Below are positions 1 through 11,767 of a stretch of DNA of 64,000 bases, piece by piece (the stretch's first letter is position 1; each line of letters opens with the position of its first letter). The notes under the pieces were generated by a model. It was not told the origin of the DNA, did not search any database, and worked only from the letters and a program-made list of their open reading frames with translations. This stretch comes from Eledone cirrhosa (taxonomy: Eukaryota), in NCBI GenBank assembly GCA_964016885.1, contig OZ024742.1:324570001-324634000 (forward strand), written 5' to 3'. A program made the position numbers and the translations under genes.

Positions 1-577
1 TATTTCAAAAGTCAATATACTCAATAGTAGATAAACGTATTAAGAGACGACTAGATGTGTAATTAAATATATTTTGTCTGTAACAGTATATTTCCGTGAT
101 GTAAGAGAAACTACCATCAGGAACGTTAGTTTCAGTCACACAAATAGCTTCAATGTGTCTGCATATAAATAAAACCTTACCAAACGGTGTAGAAATAATT
201 TGACAAGTCAATGATAAAAATTTTTACCGCACGCTATCATCAATGTCTGATATAACTTACAATTATCACTAATATATTCATACGAGATACAGATATACAG
301 AGAAAATATTTCCATTTATTTGATTATACGAGGATATTATACAGATTTCTCTGTGGGAATATTGTCACCAGAGAAGAGAAGCTGGAGAAGGCACCAGAAT
401 GAATCAGAAAAAATAGCAAGAGGTGACAATTCAAATACGGGCAGGTGTGTGACCAGCTGCATGCCAGTGGAGGTGGTCAGTAGAAGATTAGTAGATTGTT
501 CCCTGAGTAAAGTCTACGAAGCGGAAATGAGCAGGACAAAACAAGGAAACAGCCATGAACCTGCTTTATGTTACTAT

Positions 578-819
578 GTAATTATTTTGTTACCAAACAG
601 CCTGAAACTACCCCTAATATTTCGATACAGAGCGATTTTGATATAAACGGTATATATTTATCTAAAACCATTAGCTTATTAAGGTATATTCCAGACACCT
701 GCTTAAATGTGCAAAAGTTAATTATATTAATAAAACTCTGAATATTTCTGATTATTTTCAAAATTGCTTAAAATCATGAGCAGTATCTTTCATACGAAAT
801 ATGGTAATTAAAGTGTTAA
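578..819. mobile_element. Degenerate piggyBac-like MITE (about 240 bp)
   Basis: Imperfect terminal inverted repeats (gtaattattttgttacca ... tggtaattaaagtgttaa), with TTAA at the right end and a non-coding AT-rich interior. Resembles a common cephalopod TTAA MITE from memory. Confidence 0.3.
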
Positions 820-1077
820 GGAAATTTCTTAGAATTGTAAAACTTTCTATATGGCAGGAAGTTATTTTCGGCAGTTGAGTTTTCCCGATTTCCGTCTGTC
901 TTTAAGCAGCTATAGTATATAGTACTTAAACTATAATTTGTTAGTGACAAATTGCGATCATCATTTGAAGTAAGCATCATTAATATCGTCTGTTCATTTA
1001 AATCCTATCTTTAATGATATCTTCGATGTTTATTCTCACTCAACAAACATAAGTCAAGCGTTCAATCATATACACAC

Positions 1078-1078
<1 letters not shown>

Positions 1079-1108
<30 letters not shown>

Positions 1109-1179
1109 TGTATGTATGTATGTATGTATGTATGTATGTATGTATGTATGTATGTATGTATGTATGTATGTATGTATGT
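1079..1179. repeat. (TATG)n microsatellite, about 25 units
   Basis: Perfect tatg tandem run that abuts the 3' end of the RLE retrotransposon. Confidence 0.97.
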
Positions 1180-2632
1180 TCTGGTTTTATAAGTTCACAA
1201 ATTTTTGCCAATAGAGAGAGTCGGTTTCTAACATAGACACACGACTCATTGGAATTTAGACAACATCAACTAGGTTGATATGTATGCATGTCTGCACGCA
1301 TGCATGTACGTGCAGGTATGGATATCATTGTATGTGTGGATGTGGTTGTTTTGAGTTGTATGTGTGCATGTGCATATATTTTGTATCGGTACAAGTGTAT
1401 ATGCAATTATTCGATGCAGGATTTTTGAAATGTTTTACATATTTTTACTGTTCCATTAATGGATTGTACTTGTAATTTCTTAACTAGTCGTGTACTTTCT
1501 ATTTCTGTGAAGCCCAGCTTCTCAAGATTTGTATTGAGGCAGGTTACTAACATATCCCAGTGCCCCAATAATCACAGGCGTTCATCTGAAGGTATAGTCA
1601 AGGTGCAGTATCTGCAGATTTCTATTTAGTTCTGCATAGATATTCTCCTTTTTGCTAATCTTTGATATTATATTGGCATCTGCTGGGCAGCTAACTTCCA
1701 CTACTGTGCATGCCTTCTTTTCCCTGTCCCATATTATATCAGGTCTGTTATGCCTGCATTTTATTGGGGTTTTACTGGAACATTCCATCTGTACTTTTTC
1801 ATATTATGTATATATATGTCTTCCACATTGCTGTAGCTAATGTGTTTATTATCGGAGCTATCTTTTCTACGGATTGCATTGTACAGTGTTTTGGCCACTA
1901 CATCATGCCTCATAGGTAGATAGTACCGCGATGACATCTTTGGACAGCTGATGATGACATGGGTGACATCTTCGATGTTAATTCTGCAGAGTCTGCTCTT
2001 GTTGTCACATCTAGGTGTTTTTCCTGCATCCCTATCGCTTTTGTGAATCAGGTATTTTGTGTTGATTTCCTGTTCTTCGATTTCAAAAGCATATCCTTCA
2101 AAGTGGGAGCCAATATAGTGGTTGTTGGTCCAAGATAGACTACTTTGTTTATCTATATTACTCTCACTTGGGAGCCTCCTGGCAACATATCTATGCAGGA
2201 TTCTTTGCTGATAAGCATGCCGTTTTTCATCCATGGATTCACTGCGGTACTGCTAGGCAACTTCCCTGGGTGTGAGTTTTCGATTATCACGCAGGGAATA
2301 TCTTTCAAGGAGTTCCTTCCCAACTCTCATGATTTTATATGTCTCATGCAGATAGGATTGCTCGAGAGACAGGCTCCTACGAGGTTCGTAGATATTGTCG
2401 GAGGGATATGATGCGACAATCAAATGCTGTTTGGATTCATGTTAGGCTTCTGTCTCCCTGCTCACGCTTCAAGTAGAGGCGGTCTATGTCACTGTTGATG
2501 TGGAAGTTTCCGGTGTTGTTTAGTATTTTTCGAGTCCTAACATCAATTGCTCGGATTTTGTCTATTGTCCAATTGAGTATTCCAAACATTGGTGTTAGGA
2601 CAAGGCACAGCAAACACATTGTAAGCCCCTGT
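1180..2632 (-). mobile_element. 5'-truncated, decayed non-LTR retrotransposon of the R4/Dong (RLE) type
   Basis: Minus-strand frames give RT-thumb motifs (AYNVFAVP/VLTPMFGILNWT..IDVRTRKIL..FHINSDIDRLYLKREQG), a degenerate zinc knuckle (SRLC..EDVTHVIISC), an RHD motif (MRHDVVAK) and an RLE (HNRPDII..VVEVSCP..KKENIY..PVIIGALG). The ORF ends near 1410 and is followed by a 3' UTR of about 230 bp. Several stops and frameshifts are present. Confidence 0.9.
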
Positions 2633-2935
2633 TTGTATGTATGTATGCAGGTAGGTAGATATATAGGCATTTGAGTGTGTGCATGTATGTGTGTATGTCC
2701 ATATATCTATCTATCTCGCACTCTTACTTCCTCACTCTCTCCCTGTCTCTGTCTGTCTGTCTGTATGTATGTATGTCTGTCTGTCTGTCTGTCTGTCTCT
2801 CATTCTCTAGGTCGGGATTTTACATATCCCTATATCCACTCTGCCTCTGCCCATGCATTGAGTACTCCCATAAAGAGTATATTTTAAGCACAAACCATCA
2901 GACACACTCATTCGCAACACTTGCTATGCACCGTA

Positions 2936-3000
<65 letters not shown>

Positions 3001-3047
3001 TAAATATAAATATAAATGTAAATATAAATGTATATATAAATATATAT

Positions 3048-3078
<31 letters not shown>

Positions 3079-3125
3079 AATATATGTATATATAAATATG
3101 AATATATATATATATATATGTATGT
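2936..3125. repeat. Imperfect (TA)n microsatellite
   Basis: Direct reading of the sequence. Confidence 0.95.
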
Positions 3126-3519
3126 ATAAATATGCACATACATACACACACAGACGCACACGCATCTACATATATTATTTTCAGGTAAACAACCAGCGTA
3201 TACATGTGTCTAATCTGAACCAATGCACAAAACCAATAATTTGAGTTTTATATATCTGGTTTTGTTTAGATATTATTATATTCCTGATTTGCCGGTTCTG
3301 TTTGTACGATATATTACTTTGGAACACATATACACACGCGTAGACAAACGCAAACAACCACATAAACATACGACTGTAGAAATTCTACGTATTATACGCA
3401 TTCATGCACATACACACATGCACCCCACATACATATTTAAGTATATGCGCACACATACATACATACACACACACACACATATATATATATATAGATAGAT
3501 ATGGATATAAATATGCATA

Positions 3520-3810
<291 letters not shown>

Positions 3811-3893
3811 AGGAAAATGTCTAACCCCGACGGCAGAGCTCAAGCCGTTTCGACGGCTATTTCTGGTCTGGGTCCTTACCACACTTCCTTCGT
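3811..3893 (-). mobile_element. Short (TA)n-embedded element, Penelope-like terminal remnant with the 3' half of a hammerhead motif
   Basis: GC-rich 83-bp island with (TA)n on both sides. Both of its ends match the element at 10476-10683 in the opposite orientation. The minus strand reads GAAAC-GGC-loop-GCC-GUC-GGGG. Confidence 0.6.
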
Positions 3894-4057
3894 TATATAT
3901 ATATATATATATATATATGTATTTACATATCTATGCATATTTATATACATATATATATGCATATATATATAAATATAAAAAAAATGATTTACTGTAAATC
4001 TTTGAATTGATAAAGAATACCAGCCCACCAGTGAAGTCATTCTTTTCTTTGTTACAA

Positions 4058-4303
<246 letters not shown>

Positions 4304-5267
4304 TATAGACGCGCGGGTGTGTGTGAGGGTGCGTGTTTGTACACAGACAGAGGTACACACACACACACACACATATATATATGTATATAAATATATATAT
4401 GTATATAAATATATATATATAAATATATATAAATATATATATATATATAATATTAAAGATACTATTTAAAGTTATGTATATACTATACTATAAACAACTA
4501 TAAACAGGGAAGGTCAGTAATTTATTACTACCTTATTACCAGTAATATATATATAGACGTAATATATATATAGACGCGCGGGTGTAGGTGAGGGTGCGTG
4601 GTGAGGGTGTGTGTGTGTGTACATATGTGAGTCTATGTACCTACGCATATGTAATTGTTATTTTGTGGCTAACAATTCGCTCACGAATATAAAAATATTT
4701 AAATTAAGCATCAGAAATGTTGTAAGTTATTTTCGTTTTCCTTCACTAAATTATTCATTCGTTTTTTGCCCTGTTTTCTCTTCTTTCTCTCACTCATTAT
4801 TACTTCTCTTCCCGTTCCTGTAGACAAAGCTTCTAGATATATTCACAAAGTATTTAATACATAAATAATGTATAATACATAAATATTAAATAATACATAA
4901 AATACTTACATACTTAATATATAAATAAATATGAATATAATCGTGTTCTGGAAGACTATTTCAATAAAGTAAATAGCGAATAGCATTGTTGTAATTCGTC
5001 TTCTTCTTATTCATGGTTAGGGAAATATACCAACATTTCCATTTCTTCAAATATAATTAGCTATATGTTGGAAAACGTCTATAAAAAATGTTCATTGTAA
5101 AGAACTGCTATGTAAGCCAGCTCCAACTATAGGTCGAGATGCGTTGCTGTTTTCAAGAACGTGTCGACACCTATACATAGGTAATATCTTAACGTCTTTA
5201 CTGAAATCATTGTCTATCATTCTAGATATGGGAATAACAAAAAGTGATAATAGAGCCGCTGCAGACC

Positions 5268-5365
5268 CAACATAGTCAATTGGTTTAGGATCTCGACTCC
5301 TAATAATAAGGATTGCGGTTCGATCCCATTGTGTGGTATCTTGAACCAACGTAATTTTTCACACC
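5268..5365 (+). mobile_element. Degenerate tRNA-derived SINE head
   Basis: A-box-like tagtcaattgg and B-box ggttcgatccc, followed by a tgtgtggtatcttgaac segment like the SINE body consensus. Confidence 0.4.
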
Positions 5366-5714
5366 ATTAGGTGATATGAAGCCGGACATGTGTTTGGAAA
5401 CCTATAATACAAGAGGTCAATCTTGTTAGAAATTGTATCACGTTGGACCTCGTTAATGGTACTTGTGTGTGTGATATGTTCAGCCATGTGCTTCTAAATG
5501 TAATGGGTAGGCTGTTGTCCGTTGACAACAACCGCAGGCATCGCAGCAGCAATAATAAATCGCCACAACAGCAGGAACAAAAATAACAAACATCAAACCT
5601 TTTCTCCTATAAACATACAAAAGAGACTGTTTTTGAACCTCAATAGGTTACTACGACAAGTGATTTAAGTAGAACAATGCAGCATACAGCTCGGGAATTC
5701 AATGTGAAATGAAC

Positions 5715-5810
5715 CGAGCATTCCACAGTCACATGTACCCAGAATACATTTCTCAGGGAGATCCACCCTGTTAGAGCATGTGAAAAGACTGCTCTTTGAA
5801 TAAGGTGTCT
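5715..5810. mobile_element. Old SINE body fragment
   Basis: gagcattccacagtcacatgtaccc...ttctcagggagat is homologous to 12891-12960 in this window. Confidence 0.45.
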
Positions 5811-6763
5811 TCTTCAAGATCTTATAATTGTGAGTCAAAGACCCTCACCACAGTCGTGTGTCTCGACATAAGGGAAATTACGAACAAGTGATCTCAAAAA
5901 AATATCAACACTAGCACAGACTCGGGAATACACAAATAGCACAATCAGACACGATCAAGGCCTCAACAGCTCCCAATCCCTAAATATTGAGAGCAACATG
6001 GGTAATAAAGAATGATCCATCAATTGTAAAAATATGTAAAGATCGATATTGTAGAAAATTTGTAGAGATCGATAATTTGAAACACATGCAGGATAAGAGA
6101 AAACAGTGGTCTGAACCAAGAAAACTAAACAACCATCAACAACACCAACAAGAACAACAAGAAAAACCCGACTACCCCCACCACCATCATTACCAGCAAT
6201 AACAACCCCACTATTCCCACCACCACCACCATCACCACCACCATCACCACCACCACCAACGACATCATCATTCTCAGCAACAACAACAGCAACAGAAACT
6301 AATGCTTTAAGACCTGAAGTGACAACGGACATAAAATTGATGAGACTGCTTCATTACAATAATTATAGTTGTAACAACAACAACAGCAACAACAACAACT
6401 ACAATAATACTGATAATAGTAAAAGTAGCATGCTTGTTGTCTTGTTAATATTATTAGTTGTTGCTATCGTTGTAGTAGTAGTAGTTAATTTTATTACATG
6501 TTTCAATTGAACATTTGTCTAGCAATTACTCATTGCAGTAAAACTGTTTTAATGATGAAGTTAACAAGTTAATTGAGTTAAGTAGTAGTTATATTCTGTT
6601 CGTTAGTTATTCATCACGTTTTATTATTACAACCCAAGGTTAGACATGCCAACTGTATCTCTCTACATGGAGAAAAACTGTCTTATCTGAATAACAGAGA
6701 TTAATGATTATATGTCCAATACATATTTTAAATTCACAACGCCGTATATTTATATTATATATA

Positions 6764-7047
6764 CAGTTGTCCCCGGTAGAGCACATGCAAAGAGTGAAAA
6801 CCGCGAATATCTGACGTGGTCCATAAAAATGCCTATAAACATCAAAATATAACGTAAATTATTATTAAAAAAAGAGGAGCGCCCAATAGGTCGGCAAATA
6901 CGTTATATTATTATTAATAATTTAGCGCTAAAATATATATATATTTACGATTCCGTGAATATCCGGTAGTTTCCACAAACAATTATTAGTTAGGTTCTAA
7001 GGAAAATTCCGCGAATAATCGGGACCGCGAATGACGGGGGAACACTG
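6764..7047. mobile_element. Tigger/pogo-like (Tc1/mariner superfamily) MITE, 284 bp
   Basis: TA-flanked imperfect TIRs (cagttgtccccgg / cgggggaacactg), with internal repeated ccgcgaat motifs typical of Tigger-like subterminal regions. Confidence 0.65.
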
Positions 7048-7057
7048 TATCGAAAAA

Positions 7058-7190
7058 CGGCGGAGAGTTGTTAGAGCAGCATATAAAATATTTTCTGATA
7101 TTTCCTCCGGCTGTTTCCGCTCTGATTTCAAATGCTACCGAGGTCAACTTTACTTTTCATCCATTCGAGGTTCGATAATATAAAGTATCA
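7058..7190 (+). mobile_element. Degenerate tRNA-derived SINE (5' part)
   Basis: Aligns with the SINE at 10049-10233 (ttcaaatgctaccgaggtcaactttacttttcatcc...gataatataaagtatcag). Confidence 0.7.
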
Positions 7191-7194
7191 GCTT

Positions 7195-7473
7195 AGGAAA
7201 GAATCGCTGGACAGATTTTACGGACAAAACCAACCGACAGGAAACCCAGGGGTAGACTCCGAGCAAGGTGGTTGGATAACATCCACGAACTTGGCTGGTC
7301 TCGCTTGGGGATCCAGCCGGGTCAGTTGGAGACGGTTGCTTTTGACAGGACCTGCTGGAAGGTGTGTTTGACTCTGCCTCCCACAACCCTCTCAAGAAGA
7401 AGAAGAAGAAGAAGAAGAAGAAGAAGAAGAAGAAGAAGAAGAAGAAGAAGAAGAAGAAGAAGAAGAAGAAGAA
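7195..7473 (+). mobile_element. RTE-clade LINE 3' end (Expander/Rex3-like) with (GAA)n tail
   Basis: Translates as ERIAGQIL..RKPRGRLRARWLDNIHELGWSRLGIQPGQLETVAFDRTCW..LPP, the characteristic RTE ORF C-terminus. It runs directly into (AAG)n at 7394-7473. Confidence 0.8.
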
Positions 7474-7907
7474 GCAGCAGCAGCAGCAGAAGCAACATCA
7501 TACAATGGTGGAATTGTTAAAGAGTCTGACATTTGCGGGATCCCTTCTGGCATTTTGCGTTCTAAAATCGAATTCCGCTGAAAGATTCAAATCCCATTGG
7601 TCAAGGTTAATTACATGAATAGGGAATCACAACTGATTATGAAAGCAGCAATGGTGGAGCTGTGCCCGTTTACTATTGCAGTCGTACGATGATGATGATG
7701 ATGATATGATGATGACAATAGGGAATTATTATAAGAGTGTCTAACCGAGCGGCGTATATTCAGTATTTGTAGCATCGCACACACTCACACATATATATAT
7801 GTATATATGTATATATGTATATATGTATATATGTATATATGTATATATGTATATATATGTATATATATACACATACATCCTCACACACACACGCACACAC
7901 ACATATA

Positions 7908-7954
<47 letters not shown>

Positions 7955-8229
7955 TTAATCAAAATAATTGCAATATGATAGATATGATTTATATAAATGA
8001 AATGAGATATTATGATCTTCCTGCTTTTCCGAAACGTCTGAGGGATGTAAACGATGCGAAAGAATCAATATGTGCACCGGAATACCACTTTTGTTTCTTT
8101 ACAGTTATAGGTTTGCACCTGGAAAATTCTTCTTCGAACTGCAAGCTTGAGCAAGACCAGCACTCACCCATGGAAAGTCGTCTAAGACAAAGACAAATGC
8201 TGACACAGATTGGTACCAGTGACCCTGTA

Positions 8230-8418
8230 TAATTGATTTCGAATTTAGGCACAAGGCCAGCAAATTGGAGGGAAGGGCAAAGTTGAGAAAAGCAACTCCA
8301 GTACTTGACTAGTACCTTTCTTATCCATTCCTGAAGTATGAAACGCAAAGTTGACTTTGGCAGGTTTTGAACTCAGAATATTATCCGATGCTCTATCAAT
8401 TCTTCTAATCCACCACCC
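8230..8418 (-). mobile_element. Older tRNA-derived SINE copy
   Basis: taggcacaaggccagcaa...gcaaagttgactttggcaggttttgaactcaga...aatccacc is homologous to the 10049 copy but keeps a central purine-rich segment that the 10049 copy lacks. Confidence 0.8.
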
Positions 8419-9154
8419 TCTAACACCTATAATTTAATATACATATATAACATCCAGTCACACATTAGGCTAATAAAACGCCATTAAGCATAATGGGATC
8501 CAGTCTTTAATCATAAACTAATTTATAGGCAAAAATCTTCAGTAATTGTGATTGTTACAAGTAAGGATATTAAGTAAGGATATGGCATTCCTCCTCTAAC
8601 TCTGATGTGTTTACAATTCAAGTGAGGCAAAATAGATGATCATTTTAAAAGGAGAAAACTACGGAACATTTTGATACTTAATAATATATAATAGCATAAA
8701 AGAAAAGTGGATAACACAATATATCTTTGTTGCGTATATCTGTATATCTCTCTATATCCATATCCGGAAATGTCGATTGTTGCTATGTCAACACATTAAC
8801 TTCGATCAAACCACGAACTTAACACGCAAACAAGCAACCAAAGAATTTTATTAGGAAACATCGATATTTCATATTGCTGCATATCTGATATCATGTCTTG
8901 ATCAAGGAAATTTATGATCAAAGGCATTCCAGCCATTGCCACTTCTTAGAGAACCAGAACAAACGCCGTTCTAACAACCATGCAAATATGCAACAGTAAT
9001 TACAGAAGCCCTAAACTAAATTAAATCACATTCGTATAGCCATGGACCTTGAGCTCTTGATATTGACATAGGTTCACCGTCGTATTATAGGGCGTGTCTT
9101 GGGCATTTTAAAAGTGTGTATGCATATATGTAGCTATATAATGTGCGAGTGTAT

Positions 9155-9652
9155 GTGTGTGTGTTTTGTATTTTCTCTAGCTTATATTATATTTATTACA
9201 TTTCTGCTGACCAAACTCAACAATGAATTGTGATATAATATATGAACAGATTTAATTAAGTTTATAGCTTCTGTAGCAACTCTCGTAGCGCTTGCCAGAG
9301 AGATAGATAGACGTAGAAAAATAATCAACCTCGCTACTTCAGTGGTACTTTAATTATAATTAAAGTATATTTTGAGGGGTCGATAATCACCGATCCCCCA
9401 AAAATATGAAGGTCATAGTTGAATTTGACAGGAATCGAGTTCAGATGGTAGGGAAAGAGAAGAAATGCAGCACTATTCTATTTGACGCTCTAACGAACCT
9501 GCCTATATGTTTGTGCTACGAGAGCTGCTACAGAAGCTGTAAACTTAATTAAATCTGTGAATATATTATATCACAATTCATTGTTGAGAGGATTTGGTCA
9601 GCAGAAATGTAATAAATATAATGTAGGCTAGAGAAAATACAAAACACACACA
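9155..9652. repeat. Inverted repeat with arms of about 135 bp (9155-9289 / 9515-9652) enclosing a decayed SINE
   Basis: The arms are reverse complements with few substitutions and one short indel. The spacer contains SINE-like gggtcgataa..tgaaggtcatagttga..gagttcaga..gacgctctaacga. Confidence 0.9.
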
Positions 9653-9891
9653 GGCACACACATACATACACATACACACATAGACACACACATACATACA
9701 CAAACACCCACATACAAACACGTACACACACATACATACACAGACACTCACAGACAAACACATACACACACACACAAACGCACACATTCATACATTTTGT
9801 ATTTACATATATGCATACACATTTACACAAGTATGATTTTTAACTGCATATTTACATACATACTCACAGAGTAACAAAGTTAAATGGATAC

Positions 9892-9951
<60 letters not shown>

Positions 9952-10012
9952 CTATTTGTATATATATATATATATATATATAAAGAAAATTTCGCTCTAC
10001 ATGGCTGAATAC

Positions 10013-10411
10013 AATAAATGTAATCTGAGTTTTTCGAATATTAATAATTGTTTCTACTTTTGGCACAAGGCCAGCAATTATCCCAGTGTATTACTGGTAC
10101 TTTATTTTATCGACCCCGTAAGGATGAAAGGCAAAGTTAACCTCGGCGGGATTTGAACTCAGTCCGCAAAGGGACGTAACTGTGCTGCAAAGCATGGCGT
10201 CCGACCCTCTACCGATACTGCCAATCCACCGTATTTTCGAATGTTAATAATAACATTCGATTCGTTTGCAATTATGAAAACAGCCTTAACACAAGGGAAA
10301 GAATGAAGTGTTCATTCTACTGACATGGCTATAAAATTGAGGCTTGTTTGCATAATTGCAAACGAATCGAATGTTATTATTAATAGTCGAAAAACTCAGA
10401 TTACATTTATT
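10013..10411. repeat. Fold-back/MITE-like inverted repeat (arms of about 70 bp) whose left arm is split by a SINE
   Basis: 10013-10048 plus 10252-10286 is the reverse complement of 10340-10411. Confidence 0.85.
10049..10233 (-). mobile_element. tRNA-derived SINE with 18-bp TSD
   Basis: Minus strand has A box tggcagtatcgg, B box gagttcaaatcc and an (att)-type tail. The TSD ttttcgaat(a/g)ttaataat lies at 10031-10048 and 10234-10251. Confidence 0.92.
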
Positions 10412-10414
10412 ATA

Positions 10415-10475
<61 letters not shown>

Positions 10476-10476
<1 letters not shown>

Positions 10477-10680
10477 CGAAGGAAATGTGGTAAGGAACCA
10501 GGTGGACCATAACGCACCAAAGTACTCAATACTTGAGGTAGTAGAGTGGGTAATAGGAACCAGTAAGACCCCGACAGCTGAGCTCAAGCCGTTTCGACGG
10601 CTAATTCTGGACTAAAAAGTTTAGTCCAGAATTAGCCGTCGAAACGGCTTGAGCTCAGCTGTCGGGGTCTTACTGGTTCC

Positions 10681-10683
<3 letters not shown>
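10476..10683 (+). mobile_element. (TA)n-embedded Penelope-like remnant containing a perfect 64-bp-arm palindrome
   Basis: (TA)n lies on both sides. The arms at 10553-10616 and 10620-10683 are exact reverse complements with an aag loop. It is homologous to 3811-3893. Confidence 0.65.
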
Positions 10684-10713
<30 letters not shown>

Positions 10714-11127
10714 ATATGTATATATATATATATCTCCTCATATCCTCTCATTCTCGCATTTTCACATGGCATCCAGTTACATATATACATACATACACAC
10801 AGACACAAATACATGATTATATGCATACATACATACCTATAATCATATTACCATAGAGAACTAGACACACATAAACACGTGTCAATGTTAAATATTCTAA
10901 TATATACAATATTACTAAGTATAGAAAAGTCAATAATTGAAAATCTTTAATATAGAAACACAAAAGTACACACTTAGTTCCTTCTACTGATTTCTATCTC
11001 TATCTCTTTTTCTCTTTCTCTGCCTTATATCCTTCTCTCTCTCTTCTTCTCTCTTTTAATCGTCTCCTGACACTATAATCCCACAATTGTACACACACAC
11101 ACACACATTGAAGGGAGAAGACAAAGC

Positions 11128-11232
11128 AATGATAATGTATATTACTTTAACGTTTGATATAGCAGAGAAAGTTCTTAAGGTTTCGGACATCACTCTTTCA
11201 TCAGAAGATAGAATGAAATGAGGGAGAATAAA
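11128..11232 (-). other. Diverged repeat copy 1 containing a minimal hammerhead-like motif (11173-11208)
   Basis: Minus strand reads UCUU-CUGAUGA-aagagugauguc-CGAAA-CC-UU-AAGA. Paralog at 11768-11862. Confidence 0.5.
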
Positions 11233-11240
11233 TAGGAAGA

Positions 11241-11317
11241 AAGACGAGAATTAAGACGAGAATTAAGACGAGAATTAAGACGAGAATTAAGACGAGAATT
11301 AAGACGAGAATTAAGAC
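11241..11317. repeat. 12-bp minisatellite (AAGACGAGAATT) x6
   Basis: Six perfect tandem copies plus a partial copy. Confidence 0.95.
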
Positions 11318-11767
11318 AAGAAAGAACACGGGAAATAAAATTTGTTCAGAAATAAAACATGTATGTAGTTAATCAGTTGCTTAGTAAAGATGGATAGATA
11401 GATAAATAGAGACACACTTAGATAGAGAGAGAGAGAGAGAAAGTGAGAGAGAGAGAGGGAGAGAGAGAGAGGGAGAGAGAGTGAGAGGGAGAGAGCGAGA
11501 GACGCACAGACATGTATCATATATGAATATTAACACTCTTAAACACACCGTGCAAATATATATACGTATATATACATATATGTATGTATGCATGCCTGCG
11601 TGTATGTATGTATGCCTGTGTGTATGTATGTATGTATGTATGTATGTATGTATGTATGTATGTATGTATGTATGTATGCATGCATGTATGTATGTATGCA
11701 TGCATATGAGTGTGCGTGAGTTTGCGAAAAGTAAACGAAAGTAGAACATGGCGGAACGATACAGTAC

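Noticed and set aside
320-646. 108-aa ORF; also 5092-5349 and 5987-6202
   Set aside because: No recognisable domain or convincing exon structure, and they partly overlap decayed repeats or low-complexity DNA.
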